Assembly (NCBI GenBank): GCA_035529395.1
Contig: DATKWT010000091.1
Span: forward strand, 135 to 64,134
Direction: 5' to 3'
From: Dehalococcoidales bacterium
GTDB taxonomy: Bacteria > Chloroflexota > Dehalococcoidia > Dehalococcoidales > Fen-1064
Length of the DNA: 64,000 nucleotides
Of the stretch, positions 16,897 to 25,693 are shown piece by piece. The position numbers and the translations under genes were made by a program. The first letter of the stretch is position 1, and each line of letters begins with the position of its first letter. The notes below the pieces were generated by a model. It made no database searches and was not told the DNA's origin. It saw only the letters and a program-made list of their open reading frames with translations.

Positions 16897-17193
16897 ATGA
16901 ATTTACGAGTGAAGGAAGCTCTCTGTATCGGCTGCGGGCTGTGTGTTGAGAATTGCCCCCAACAGGCCATTTCACTTCAATCGGGCCAGGCCCGGATTGA
17001 CCGGAGCAGATGTAATGAATGCGGTCTTTGTCGTGACGTATGCCCGCGAATGGCAATCATAGAATTGGTCCCGGTATCAACGGAGGAGCTGTATGCTACT
17101 ATTGCTTCACTCAGGCAAAGGACGAGTAATATTATAGAGAGAATTGAGAGCATACATTCCGGTAATGCCGGCCCTGAGACAGGCAGAGATTAA
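16897..17193 (+). CDS. 2x[4Fe-4S] ferredoxin-domain protein
   Basis: CIGCGLCVENCP and CNECGLCRDVCP. Start taken at MNLRVKE (the track begins 12 codons earlier). Confidence 0.75.
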   Translation: MNLRVKEALCIGCGLCVENCPQQAISLQSGQARIDRSRCNECGLCRDVCPRMAIIELVPVSTEELYATIASLRQRTSNIIERIESIHSGNAGPETGRD

Positions 17194-17219
17194 TGATGTC
17201 AGAAAGCGGGGGTAATGAA

Positions 17220-18551
17220 ATGAAAGTATGCATCGTTGGTGGTGGTGGTGGTGCAAACAATGCCGCCAATGTTATTCGGAGTCTTGATAAGGAAGCCCGG
17301 ATAGACATCTTCACCAACCGTGGCGAGATAGGCAATCTACCCTGCGAAATCCCCTTTGTCCTGAAAGGGACTCTGCCATCCTGGGAGAGCAGCTTTGCTT
17401 TCAGGGACAGGTTCTATAAAGAGAGGGATATCGGAGTCCACCTCGATACCGAGGTTACTGAAATCCTCAGAGACGAAAAACGTATTATAGCAAGGGGGGA
17501 AATCTACCATTACGATAAGGTGGTTCTGGACACGGGGGCAACTCCGGTAATTCCGCCCATTCCCGGGCTTGATGGCCACAATGAATTTACACTCAGCACC
17601 GGTCTAAGACCTGCCAGGGTCTTTGAGGAAGCAATCCCCGGGTATACCAGTGCGGTCGTCATCGGTACAGGGCAAATTGCCCTGGAGACGGCTGCCATTC
17701 TGCAAGCCAGGGGCTACCACCATGTCTATCTGGTGGGCAGGTCTGATCGTATCCTTCGTACTTACCTGGACGAAGAAATGGTCGGTGTAGTCGAAGAGAG
17801 AATCAGGGAAAACGGTGTAGAACTTATCCTGGGTGCCGGGAACCTGAGGGTAGCCACCAGGGGAGAGAAAAAGCTCCTCTACCTGGCGGATAGAGAGCTT
17901 GAGGTAGACATTATCTTTCTTGCTGTCGGCGCTGAGCCTAATAGCAGTCTGGCGCGGAGGGCGGGTATTGAGATAGGAGACACCGGGGCTGTTGCTGTTA
18001 ACGAGTACCTGCAGACAAGCGACCCGGATATCTATGCTATCGGTGATTGCATGGAGAACCGGGACACACTAACCGGTACCAAACGACGCTACCAGACGGC
18101 AACTAACGCAGCGAAAACAGGGAGAATAGCCGGCAGAAACCTGGTCCTGGGGAACGTTATTGCCTATCAGGGGACAGTGATGACATTCATCACCGAAATC
18201 TATGGATGCGAAGTCGGAACGGTTGGACTCACTGAGGACTATGCCCGGGAGCAGGGGTTTGATGTTGTCACCAGCATGACAACCAGTTCGACGCGACGCC
18301 GGACTTTTGGTGGTAGACCTGTCAATATCAAGCTTATTGCCGACCGCAAGTCCCGTACCCTGATTGGAGCACAGATTACCTCGGAGGAAATGGTTGCGGG
18401 CAAGATTGACAGGCTGGCTGTGGCTATAGCCGAGAAGGTTCCGCTGCAACGATTGTCTCTAATCGACACCTGCTATTCACCGACGGTAGGTGCTGGATAT
18501 GAGGCAGTGACCATGGCGCTGGACGCACTTCTTGAGAAGGTTGCCGGTTAG
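17220..18551 (+). CDS. FAD-dependent pyridine nucleotide-disulfide oxidoreductase (CoA-disulfide reductase / NADH oxidase family)
   Basis: KVCIVGGGGGANNAA, a single candidate redox Cys in NLPCEIPF, VVIGTGQIALE and DIYAIGDC. Start at MKV, after GGGGGT. Confidence 0.8.
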   Translation: MKVCIVGGGGGANNAANVIRSLDKEARIDIFTNRGEIGNLPCEIPFVLKGTLPSWESSFAFRDRFYKERDIGVHLDTEVTEILRDEKRIIARGEIYHYDKVVLDTGATPVIPPIPGLDGHNEFTLSTGLRPARVFEEAIPGYTSAVVIGTGQIALETAAILQARGYHHVYLVGRSDRILRTYLDEEMVGVVEERIRENGVELILGAGNLRVATRGEKKLLYLADRELEVDIIFLAVGAEPNSSLARRAGIEIGDTGAVAVNEYLQTSDPDIYAIGDCMENRDTLTGTKRRYQTATNAAKTGRIAGRNLVLGNVIAYQGTVMTFITEIYGCEVGTVGLTEDYAREQGFDVVTSMTTSSTRRRTFGGRPVNIKLIADRKSRTLIGAQITSEEMVAGKIDRLAVAIAEKVPLQRLSLIDTCYSPTVGAGYEAVTMALDALLEKVAG

Positions 18552-18574
18552 CAACGACAGCCAACGTACCGGCT

Positions 18575-18603
18575 GAAAAGTAAAATGTCCGCACCTGGCG
18601 GAC
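18575..18603 (-). terminator. Terminator candidate downstream of tRNA-His
   Basis: Hairpin GTCCGC-5 nt-GCGGAC at 18587-18603, followed on the minus strand by ATTTTACTTTT. Confidence 0.5.
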
Positions 18604-18622
18604 ACGATAGCGGTAGTTTGTA

Positions 18623-18699
18623 TGGGGTGAGTGAGGGGATTCGAACCCCCGATCTCCAGGGCCACAACCTGGCGCCTTAACCGCTAGGCGACACCCACC
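18623..18699 (-). tRNA. tRNA-His (anticodon GTG)
   Basis: Manual cloverleaf. It has an extra G-1 paired with discriminator C73, an acceptor stem GTGGGTG/CACTCAC, a D stem GCCT/AGGC and an anticodon stem CCAGG/CCTGG with loop TTGTGGC. The T arm is GGGGG-TTCGAAT-CCCCT and CCA is encoded. Confidence 0.9.
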
Positions 18700-18776
18700 A
18701 CGGAAAAAATACTTTATGTCTGAAACAGACATAGCCATTATACCTGAACGTAGTATACGCTTTCAATGCGCGTAAT

Positions 18777-18805
18777 TTGATTTAGCCAGTACCGATTGGT
18801 ATACT
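18777..18805 (+). promoter_or_regulatory. Promoter candidate TTGATT-17 nt-TATACT for the CoA-transferase genes
   Basis: Hexamers and spacing read directly from the sequence. Confidence 0.5.
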
Positions 18806-18891
18806 CGTGGGTAACCCCACCCCAGGGAAGACCGTCCCCATGTGCGGGACGGTTTCTGACATATTCCCACGGAACGGAGAAGGGAGAGACT

Positions 18892-20088
18892 GTGGAGCAG
18901 GCTCTGTCCGGCGTCAGGGTACTGGATGTAACTCACTACATTGCCGGGCCCTACTGCACCAAGCTGCTCGCCGACTATGGCGCCGAGGTGGTCAAGGTGG
19001 AAAGGCACGGTACCGGTGACGGCGCCAGAAGGATTGGCCCCTTCTACAAGGATGACCCTCATCCGGAAAAGAGTGGCCTGTTTCTCTACCTGAACACCAA
19101 CAAACGCGGTGTCACTCTGAACCTGAAGTCTGAGACCGGGATTAGAATATTCCGGGAACTGGTGGTAGACGCTGACATCCTCGTGGAGAACTTCAGCCCC
19201 AGGGTGATGGCGTCTCTGGGTCTGGACTATGAGAGTCTGGAGAGGATAAACCCCGGTCTGGTTATGACCTCCATTTCCAACTTCGGGCAGACCGGTCCCT
19301 ACCGAGACTACAAGGCCACCGAGATTGTCGCTGATGCTATGGGTGGCTGGATGAGCATCATCGGCCACCCGGACCGCGAGCCACTTAAACCCGGCGGGAA
19401 CCAGGCGCAGTTTGTCAGCGGTCTCTTCGGATGTGTCGGTACAATGACCGCTTTCCACGGTCGGGAGTTGACCGGAGTCGGACAACACGTGGACATATCC
19501 CTGATGGATGCCGTGCTCTACATCCAGATGAATATTACGCAAATATATCACTACCACGAGAGGGTTACCAGCAGAATCGGCAATATGGTACTGCCCCCAC
19601 CCGGTTCGATACTACCCTGTCGGGACGGCTATATCGGGGCTATCGCCGTTACGAACAGCCAGTGGCAATCCCTCTGTGAGTGGATGGGGAAACCGGAGCT
19701 AGCCAGCGACGAGAGGTTCCTTACCAGAATCCACCGCACCGAGAATGTGGACGAGCTTATTGCTACGTTAATTCCCTGGCTACTCGAGCATGACCAGGAG
19801 GAACTGCTGCGCGAAGCGCAGAAGCGAAGGATTCCTTTTGGAATCCCGGCTGGGGCCGACCGGTTACTCAACTCTGAGCATCTCAACGAGAGAGGCTATT
19901 TCGTAGATGTTGAGCATCCCGTTACCGGAAAGGTCAGGTATCCCGGTGCCCAGTTTGGATTGGGTGATTTGCCCTATGAATTAAAGCCGGCGCCGCTGCT
20001 GGGTGAGCATAACGAGGAAATCTACTGCCATCGTCTCGGTTATAATAAAAAAGACCTGGTGAGGCTGCGAGAGACGGGCGTTATTTGA
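18892..20088 (+). CDS. Family III (CaiB/BaiF) CoA-transferase, paralogue 1
   Basis: LSGVRVLDVTHYIAGPYCTKLLADYGAEVVKVE is the typical N-terminus. Start taken at the GTG after GGAGAAGGGAGAG. The track's TTG at 18796 would sit inside the promoter. Confidence 0.85.
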   Translation: MEQALSGVRVLDVTHYIAGPYCTKLLADYGAEVVKVERHGTGDGARRIGPFYKDDPHPEKSGLFLYLNTNKRGVTLNLKSETGIRIFRELVVDADILVENFSPRVMASLGLDYESLERINPGLVMTSISNFGQTGPYRDYKATEIVADAMGGWMSIIGHPDREPLKPGGNQAQFVSGLFGCVGTMTAFHGRELTGVGQHVDISLMDAVLYIQMNITQIYHYHERVTSRIGNMVLPPPGSILPCRDGYIGAIAVTNSQWQSLCEWMGKPELASDERFLTRIHRTENVDELIATLIPWLLEHDQEELLREAQKRRIPFGIPAGADRLLNSEHLNERGYFVDVEHPVTGKVRYPGAQFGLGDLPYELKPAPLLGEHNEEIYCHRLGYNKKDLVRLRETGVI

Positions 20089-20120
20089 GCAATTCCACGC
20101 CTCGCGGAGGGATAGAGAAA

Positions 20121-21407
20121 ATGCCTGGACTGCCGCTGGAAGGACTGCGGGTACTTGACCTCTCCATGTGGTTTGCCGGACCCATGGGCAGCCGGTTGCT
20201 GGCCGACATGGGGGCTGAGGTAATCAAGATAGAATCGCTGGGACACATCGACCCGTGGCGAGGGCCTGCCAGGGTTACACCAATACTTATTGAGCGGATG
20301 CCGGAGTTGGCATCCGTTGAAAAGCCGTACAATCGTTCGGCCGGCTTCAACCTGCAGAACCGGAACAAGTATGGAATCACACTCGACCTTCGTACCGGGC
20401 GGGGCAAAGAGGTGTTCATGAAGCTGGTTGAAGTCAGTGACGTTGTCCTGGAGAACTATAGCCCCAGGGTCATGGATAGCCTGGATATTGATTACCCGGT
20501 ACTCACTGAAATCAACCCCCGGCTCATTATGATGTCATTGCCGGCCCTGGGCAGGACCGGCCCGGACAGGGACCATATTGCCTTCGGGCAGACGATAGAC
20601 TGCATGAGCGGTATGGCGTATCTCACCGGTTATCCTGGTGAAGAGCCGATGTTGCAGAGCGGGCTGTCCTACGGCGACCCACTGTCCGGGATGAACGCCG
20701 CTTTTGCTGTACTGTCAGCCCTGCACTACCGCCGGCGTACGGGCCGGGGAATGCATATTGACCTCTCACAGGTAGAAGGTCTTATCTCGTTCAACGCGGA
20801 TTCCGTGATGGACTACACGATGAACGGACGGGTACGTGAGCGAATGGGAAACCGCCATCCCTCGATGGCGCCCCACGGCTGCTATCGCTGCCGGGGTGAA
20901 GATAACTGGGTGGTGATTGCCGTCTCTTCAGACGCAGTCTGGGAGCGGTTCTGTCAGGCGCTGGAGCAGCCGCCCTGGACAGAGGATACCCGGTTCTCAA
21001 ACCTGCCGGGCAGGTACCGCCACCAGGATGAGCTGGACAGGCTGATAGAGGTCTGGACTGTGCAGCATGACCACTACGATGTAATGCGCATCCTGCAGCG
21101 GGCAGACGTCCCCGCTGGGCCGGTGCTCAACGCCAGGGAACTGACCGAGGAGCCGCATCTAAACGAACGGGGCATCTTTGAAACAGTCACCCACCCCGAA
21201 GCGGGCACGCATCCCTATATCGGCATGTACGCCCGGTTCTCAAAGACACCGGGGAGTATAAGGATGCCCGCTCCGTGCCTCGGTGAGCACAACCGCTATG
21301 TTTTCGGGGAAATACTCGGCATGTCTGAGGAGGGGATTTCGGAGCTGGAAGAGCTCGGTATAATCGGCACCGAAGCCCTGCCGGAGCAACAGGGGGGCAT
21401 GTTTTAG
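20121..21407 (+). CDS. Family III (CaiB/BaiF) CoA-transferase, paralogue 2
   Basis: LEGLRVLDLSMWFAGPMGSRLLADMGAEVIKIE. ATG lies 8 nt after GGAGGG. Confidence 0.85.
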   Translation: MPGLPLEGLRVLDLSMWFAGPMGSRLLADMGAEVIKIESLGHIDPWRGPARVTPILIERMPELASVEKPYNRSAGFNLQNRNKYGITLDLRTGRGKEVFMKLVEVSDVVLENYSPRVMDSLDIDYPVLTEINPRLIMMSLPALGRTGPDRDHIAFGQTIDCMSGMAYLTGYPGEEPMLQSGLSYGDPLSGMNAAFAVLSALHYRRRTGRGMHIDLSQVEGLISFNADSVMDYTMNGRVRERMGNRHPSMAPHGCYRCRGEDNWVVIAVSSDAVWERFCQALEQPPWTEDTRFSNLPGRYRHQDELDRLIEVWTVQHDHYDVMRILQRADVPAGPVLNARELTEEPHLNERGIFETVTHPEAGTHPYIGMYARFSKTPGSIRMPAPCLGEHNRYVFGEILGMSEEGISELEELGIIGTEALPEQQGGMF

Positions 21408-21609
21408 TACCTGGTTGCAGAAATACCTAGTATGTTCCGCGGGGTGAGACCCTTCGGCTTCGGCCTGCTGGCAAAGCCAGCAGGTAAGTTCAGGGTGACA
21501 CGCCGTTGGCATGTCATTCTTGAGCAACACGCCGTTGGCTTCAGTGGCACGCCACTCGCCTCAGTGGCGCAGAATCTGAATGTTGCGCGGATTTGTGCAA
21601 CCAGGTACT
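21406..21609. mobile_element. MITE-like non-coding repeat, copy A (204 bp)
   Basis: 19-bp terminal inverted repeats AGTACCTGGTTGCAGAAAT / ATTTGTGCAACCAGGTACT with 1 mismatch. Both ends are homologous to copy B at 26925-27055. It carries extra internal segments, including the hairpin at 21464-21484. The left TIR supplies the AG of the upstream TAG stop. Confidence 0.7.
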
Positions 21610-21691
21610 GGAGATGGTATATAATTCACGTGGGTGCGGAACCATAGTGTAGAATAACCAATGCATTAAAAAGAAGATTGGAGAAATCCAG

Positions 21692-23002
21692 ATGAAGGCT
21701 GTACTGGAAGGTATCAAGGTTCTGGACGTTTCCCAGGTGGCCGCTGTGCCCATGTGTGCCCGGCATCTGGGTGACTTCGGTGCGGATGTGATTCACGTGG
21801 AGCACGCCACCAGGGGCGATTCATGGAGGGTGCTTCAGGCGGGATATGGTGGCGGTGCCGGTGTGCCCTCTGAAATCAACTACAACTGGGAAGCCTTCAA
21901 CCGTAACAAGCGCAGTCTGGCGGTGGACATTTCCCATGAGTCGGGCAGGGACATAATATACAAGCTGGTCAAGGAGACGGACGTTTTCGTAACCAACCTG
22001 CGTCTCCCAGAGAAGGAGAAACACGGGGTGAGCTATGATGCCCTGCGCCGTATCAACCCGAAGCTTATCTACGCTTGCCTGACCGGGCATGGCAAAAAAG
22101 GGCCCAACCGTGAGACCCCGGCCTATGATACCACCGTCTACTGGGGGAGGTCGGGGGTCACCAGCACTCTGACCGTCCCCGGACTCTCGGGACCGGCCCC
22201 ACGCCCGGCGTTTGGTGATGTTGTTGCCGGTCTCGGGCTTGCCTTTGGCATTGTGATGGCCCTCTACCACCGTGACAAGACCGGGATAGGCCAGGAGATT
22301 GACACCTCCTTATTGCATACCGGCATCTACCAGTTGACCTTCGACGTTTCGGCTGCTCTGGCTACCGGGCAGGATATCGTGGAGTACAGGCTCAATCCCC
22401 CCGAGGTGCTGGATGAAGAGTTGATGAAGCGCCGGAACGAGCTCATTGGTGAGGCCCAGGAAGCAATAGTACGTCTCGGCGAGTTCTACCGGGAGAACTC
22501 ACCCAATCCCCTGGCGAATCGTTACACCACGAAAGACGGCAAGGTAATCGGTTTCAATGCGCTGCAGTCGGACCGGTTCTGGGCGGAGTTCTGCCGCGTA
22601 ATCGAGCGTCCTGACCTTGAGGAAGACCCGAGGTTTATATCAAGTGAGGCCAGGACCGAGAACAAAGGTGAGCTATACTCTATCCTGCGGGACGCCTTTA
22701 TCACCAGGACTCTCGATGAATGGACACCTCACCTAGTCGGGTTGCCGTACGCTCCCATACAAAACACCGTGGATGTTGTCAATGATGTCCAGGCAGAGGC
22801 AAACAACATGTTCCTGCCCGTTGACCACCCTACATACGGACCGATGAAGGTAATCGCCAATCCCGTAAATCTCAGTGAGACCCCGGCCACATACCGACTC
22901 CCGTCTCCGGAGTTCAGCCAGCATACAGAGGAGATTCTCCTGGAACTGGGCTATAGCTGGGAGGATATCGCGCGACTCAAAGAAGAAGGGACCATAGCCT
23001 GA
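21692..23002 (+). CDS. Family III (CaiB/BaiF) CoA-transferase, paralogue 3
   Basis: LEGIKVLDVSQVAAVPMCARHLGDFGADVIHVE. GGAGAA RBS. Confidence 0.85.
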   Translation: MKAVLEGIKVLDVSQVAAVPMCARHLGDFGADVIHVEHATRGDSWRVLQAGYGGGAGVPSEINYNWEAFNRNKRSLAVDISHESGRDIIYKLVKETDVFVTNLRLPEKEKHGVSYDALRRINPKLIYACLTGHGKKGPNRETPAYDTTVYWGRSGVTSTLTVPGLSGPAPRPAFGDVVAGLGLAFGIVMALYHRDKTGIGQEIDTSLLHTGIYQLTFDVSAALATGQDIVEYRLNPPEVLDEELMKRRNELIGEAQEAIVRLGEFYRENSPNPLANRYTTKDGKVIGFNALQSDRFWAEFCRVIERPDLEEDPRFISSEARTENKGELYSILRDAFITRTLDEWTPHLVGLPYAPIQNTVDVVNDVQAEANNMFLPVDHPTYGPMKVIANPVNLSETPATYRLPSPEFSQHTEEILLELGYSWEDIARLKEEGTIA

Positions 23003-23115
23003 AAGTTACCGGGGTCGTTCCTGCCTGGGGCAGCATAGTCGGGAAAAGCGGCTAATAATAGCAGTGATTGTGTGGCTGGAATGCACCCGGATGATTCGTG
23101 GCGGGGTGGGTGTGG

Positions 23116-23820
23116 CTAGTTGAGGAAGGCGGTCACTTCGGCTAGCGCGCGGATTCGAGGGCAGTCGTTCACTTCCGGGTAGGCATCGTTACGGTCGAGG
23201 AGTACCGGGTTGATACCCAGGTTCCTGGCACCGACGACGTCAACACTGTACTGGTCACCGACATGCAGTGCCTGTTCAGCGGTCACGGAGGCGTGCTCCA
23301 GGGCGGCAAGGAACACAGGGGGATGGGGCTTTTCTGCTCCCACTTCAGCGGAAGTTACCGTGAAATCAAGATAGGGCTCCATGCCCAGCTCACGGCATAG
23401 TGAGTTTATATCCCGGTTGAGGTTGGTCAGCAGACCGAGGGTGAGGTCGCGTTTCTTCAGGACTTTCATGGTGTCCAGCACGTCATCGAAGAGGACGAAT
23501 TTCAGCCCGGCGTACAATTCGCGCGTCCGGGCTAAGATTTTATAGGGCATATCTCCTGAGACCTGGACACCGGCCCTCTCCAGCATCCTTTGCTGCTGGC
23601 GGATGAACATGTTCGTCCGTTCCTCGCCAGTCATGTCCTGCCATGACACAGCAGCGTTCTCTTCGTAGAACTCCCTGTCTGCGACCACCAGGGCGGGCCG
23701 GATATCATCAGGTGACACGTTTAAGCCAAGCTCCTCAAGAACTTGGCTTAGTAGTTGCTCGCGGGGCGGATGGTATTGTGCCAGTGTACCGAACCAGTCG
23801 AAGAACACCGCTTTTATCAC
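23116..23820 (-). CDS. HAD-superfamily hydrolase
   Basis: Motif I is FFDWFGTL (DxxxT), with GLLTN and a C-terminal VGDQYSVDVVGA. Confidence 0.75.
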   Translation of the reverse strand: MIKAVFFDWFGTLAQYHPPREQLLSQVLEELGLNVSPDDIRPALVVADREFYEENAAVSWQDMTGEERTNMFIRQQQRMLERAGVQVSGDMPYKILARTRELYAGLKFVLFDDVLDTMKVLKKRDLTLGLLTNLNRDINSLCRELGMEPYLDFTVTSAEVGAEKPHPPVFLAALEHASVTAEQALHVGDQYSVDVVGARNLGINPVLLDRNDAYPEVNDCPRIRALAEVTAFLN

Positions 23821-23833
23821 AACGGCTCCTCGA

Positions 23834-24094
23834 CTATTCGTCTTTAATACCCAAGTCAGTAACGTAGTCTACGGCGTTCTGAACGGTGAGAATCTTCTCG
23901 GCGTCTTCGTCAGGTATCTCGACCTTCTTGTCCGGAGAGCTGAACTCCTCCTCAAGAGACATTACCAGCTCTACCAGGTCCAGAGAATCGGCGCCCAGGT
24001 CATCGACGAAACTGGACGAAGGCAGCGCATCGCTCTCACCAACGCCGAGTTGCTCCGCGACTATCTTCCGTACGCGCTCTAGTATAGTTGCCAC
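23834..24094 (-). CDS. acpP: Acyl carrier protein
   Basis: [20 protein letters not shown] contains the phosphopantetheine-attachment Ser motif (DSL). Confidence 0.9.
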   Translation of the reverse strand: MATILERVRKIVAEQLGVGESDALPSSSFVDDLGADSLDLVELVMSLEEEFSSPDKKVEIPDEDAEKILTVQNAVDYVTDLGIKDE

Positions 24095-24118
24095 TTTCTA
24101 CCTCCTTCCGGAAATTAG

Positions 24119-24529
24119 TCATCTGCTGACGAGAGTGCTCACTGCACCCAGGACCCCATTCACGAACCTTGAGGAACTGTCACTGCCAAATGTCTTGGCG
24201 AGTTCAACTGCCTCATTAATGGCTACCTTGACCGGGACCTTACTCTCCAGTAGCATCTCATATATTGCCAGTCTCAGTATGCTTCTGTCAACTACCGAGA
24301 GTTGCTCCAGTGGCCAGGCAGAGGCAAAACGCCGTATGTGCTCGTCAATTTTCTCCTGGTTTCGTGTGATGCCATTGACGAGTTCCCGGGCAAAGTCCTT
24401 GTTCATCTCCGAGAGGTCGCTTTCAGCCAGGAGATGGGCCAGGGCCTTTTCCGCATCATGCCCGGCGGAGCTGATTTCGCACAGGGCCTGGAAGGCGGCC
24501 ATTCTTGCTCTACGCCGTGCTCCCGGCAT
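24119..24529 (-). CDS. nusB: Transcription antitermination factor NusB
   Basis: ARRRARMAAFQAL, RLAIYEM, VAINEAVELAKTFG and FVNGVLG align by eye with E. coli NusB. Confidence 0.85.
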   Translation of the reverse strand: MPGARRRARMAAFQALCEISSAGHDAEKALAHLLAESDLSEMNKDFARELVNGITRNQEKIDEHIRRFASAWPLEQLSVVDRSILRLAIYEMLLESKVPVKVAINEAVELAKTFGSDSSSRFVNGVLGAVSTLVSR

Positions 24530-24614
24530 ATCGGTAGTCCCCTCGTCTGTCTGTCTTACTAACTGACTTTAGCAGAAGCGCAGTGCGAGGTCAATTCTGA
24601 TATCTCTACCCAAT

Positions 24615-24646
24615 AGAAAGGGGGCAGGATTCAAACCCTGCCCCCT
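24615..24646 (-). terminator. Rho-independent terminator after fabG
   Basis: Perfect 10-bp stem AGGGGGCAGG / CCTGCCCCCT with an 8-nt loop, followed on the minus strand by TTTCTATT. Confidence 0.65.
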
Positions 24647-24650
24647 CTAT

Positions 24651-25403
24651 CTACATCTTCCCCAGGGAAATCCCCCCGTCAACCGTGAGCACCTGCCCTG
24701 TGATATAGTGTGCTTCTTCTGAGGCGAGGAACGCAACCGCCTCGGCGACATCTCGGGGAGTGCCCAGGTAGCCGAGCAGTATCTGGTCGGCCATGGCCTG
24801 CCTGCGCTCTTCGGGTAAGTGCTGGGTCATCGTAGTGTCTATGAAGCCGGGAGCTACCGCGTTGGCCGTAATCCCGCGGGAGGCTACTTCCTTGGCGACG
24901 GTGCGGGTGAAGCCGATGATGCCTGCCTTCGCCGAGGCGTAATTGGCCTGTCCGGCGTTGCCGATGAGACCGACAATGCTGGCGATACTGACGATTCTGC
25001 CCCAGCGCTGCTTCATCATGGGTCTCAGTACCGCCCGGGTGCAGAGGAATACGCTCTTCAGATTCACTCCGAGCACTTGGTCCCAGTCGTCATCCGACAT
25101 CCGCATTATGAGCTGGTCCCTGGTTATACCGGCGTTGTTTATCAGGATATCGACTTTTCCGTAGTTACTGGTGACAGTCTCTACCATACGGGTGACTTCA
25201 CTTGAATCGCTGATATCGGCGGGAACAACCAGGCTTTGCTGTCCCATTTTCCTGATTTCTTCGGCCACGGCTTCAGCCGGTTCCATATCACCGACGTCGT
25301 TAATGACGACGGTGGCACCGACTTCAGCCAGTTTCAGGGCGATAGCTGCCCCGATGCCGCGGCCGCTGCCGGTGACTATAGCTACCCTATCGGAAAGGTC
25401 CAT
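24651..25403 (-). CDS. fabG: 3-oxoacyl-[ACP] reductase (SDR)
   Basis: TGSGRGIG, NNAG and YASAKAG catalytic motifs, in a fab gene context. Confidence 0.85.
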   Translation of the reverse strand: MDLSDRVAIVTGSGRGIGAAIALKLAEVGATVVINDVGDMEPAEAVAEEIRKMGQQSLVVPADISDSSEVTRMVETVTSNYGKVDILINNAGITRDQLIMRMSDDDWDQVLGVNLKSVFLCTRAVLRPMMKQRWGRIVSIASIVGLIGNAGQANYASAKAGIIGFTRTVAKEVASRGITANAVAPGFIDTTMTQHLPEERRQAMADQILLGYLGTPRDVAEAVAFLASEEAHYITGQVLTVDGGISLGKM

Positions 25404-25613
25404 TTGTTACTCCTTGAACTCTATTTCCTGGCTCGGGGCGGCTATGAGGGTTGCCCGAGACGTTGCGTACTATTAGTATAGTACATTGCGACTTCGGATT
25501 CACCCGTTGGTTGATAACCGGTTTCAATACTGACTGCCACTGCGAGCGAAGCGAAGCAATCCGGGGTGGAGTGTGAGATTATTTCGGCCGGTCCTATATG
25601 TGCTCAGTGAGCA

Positions 25614-25643
25614 TTGACAGTCTCCGAGTTCAGGCGGTACCAT
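25614..25643 (+). promoter_or_regulatory. Promoter candidate TTGACA-18 nt-TACCAT upstream of the RdhA homologue
   Basis: Hexamers read directly from the sequence. The -10 is weak. Confidence 0.35.
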
Positions 25644-25693
25644 TGTGAGACCTGTGGATGAGTTGTAAGAACGCGTAGAGTTGGAGTGACGAT

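Noticed and set aside
18763-19557. Long antisense ORFs opposite well-supported genes. Examples are 18763-19557(-), 23886-24566(+), 30863-31570(-), 36262-37164(+), 38831-39463(+), 41096-41812(+), 50759-51553(+), 53786-54457(+) and 58650-59270(-).
   Set aside because: Each lies entirely opposite a gene with clear family motifs. They lack Shine-Dalgarno sites and have low-complexity or Arg/Pro/Gly/His-biased composition. This is typical of shadow ORFs in GC-rich DNA.
21432-21647. ORFs 21432-21647 and 26995-27234 share the peptide PLASV.QNLNV.RICATRY, which might suggest a small duplicated gene.
   Set aside because: The similarity comes from the repeated DNA element. The frames differ in extent, lack an RBS, and one overlaps fabD antisense.
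25560-25580. A possible third copy of the family-2 element (GGTGGAGTGTGAG) upstream of the RdhA homologue.
   Set aside because: Only ~8 contiguous nucleotides match, and the flanking blocks (TGGCA.CCAGC, ATGTCCTG) are absent.
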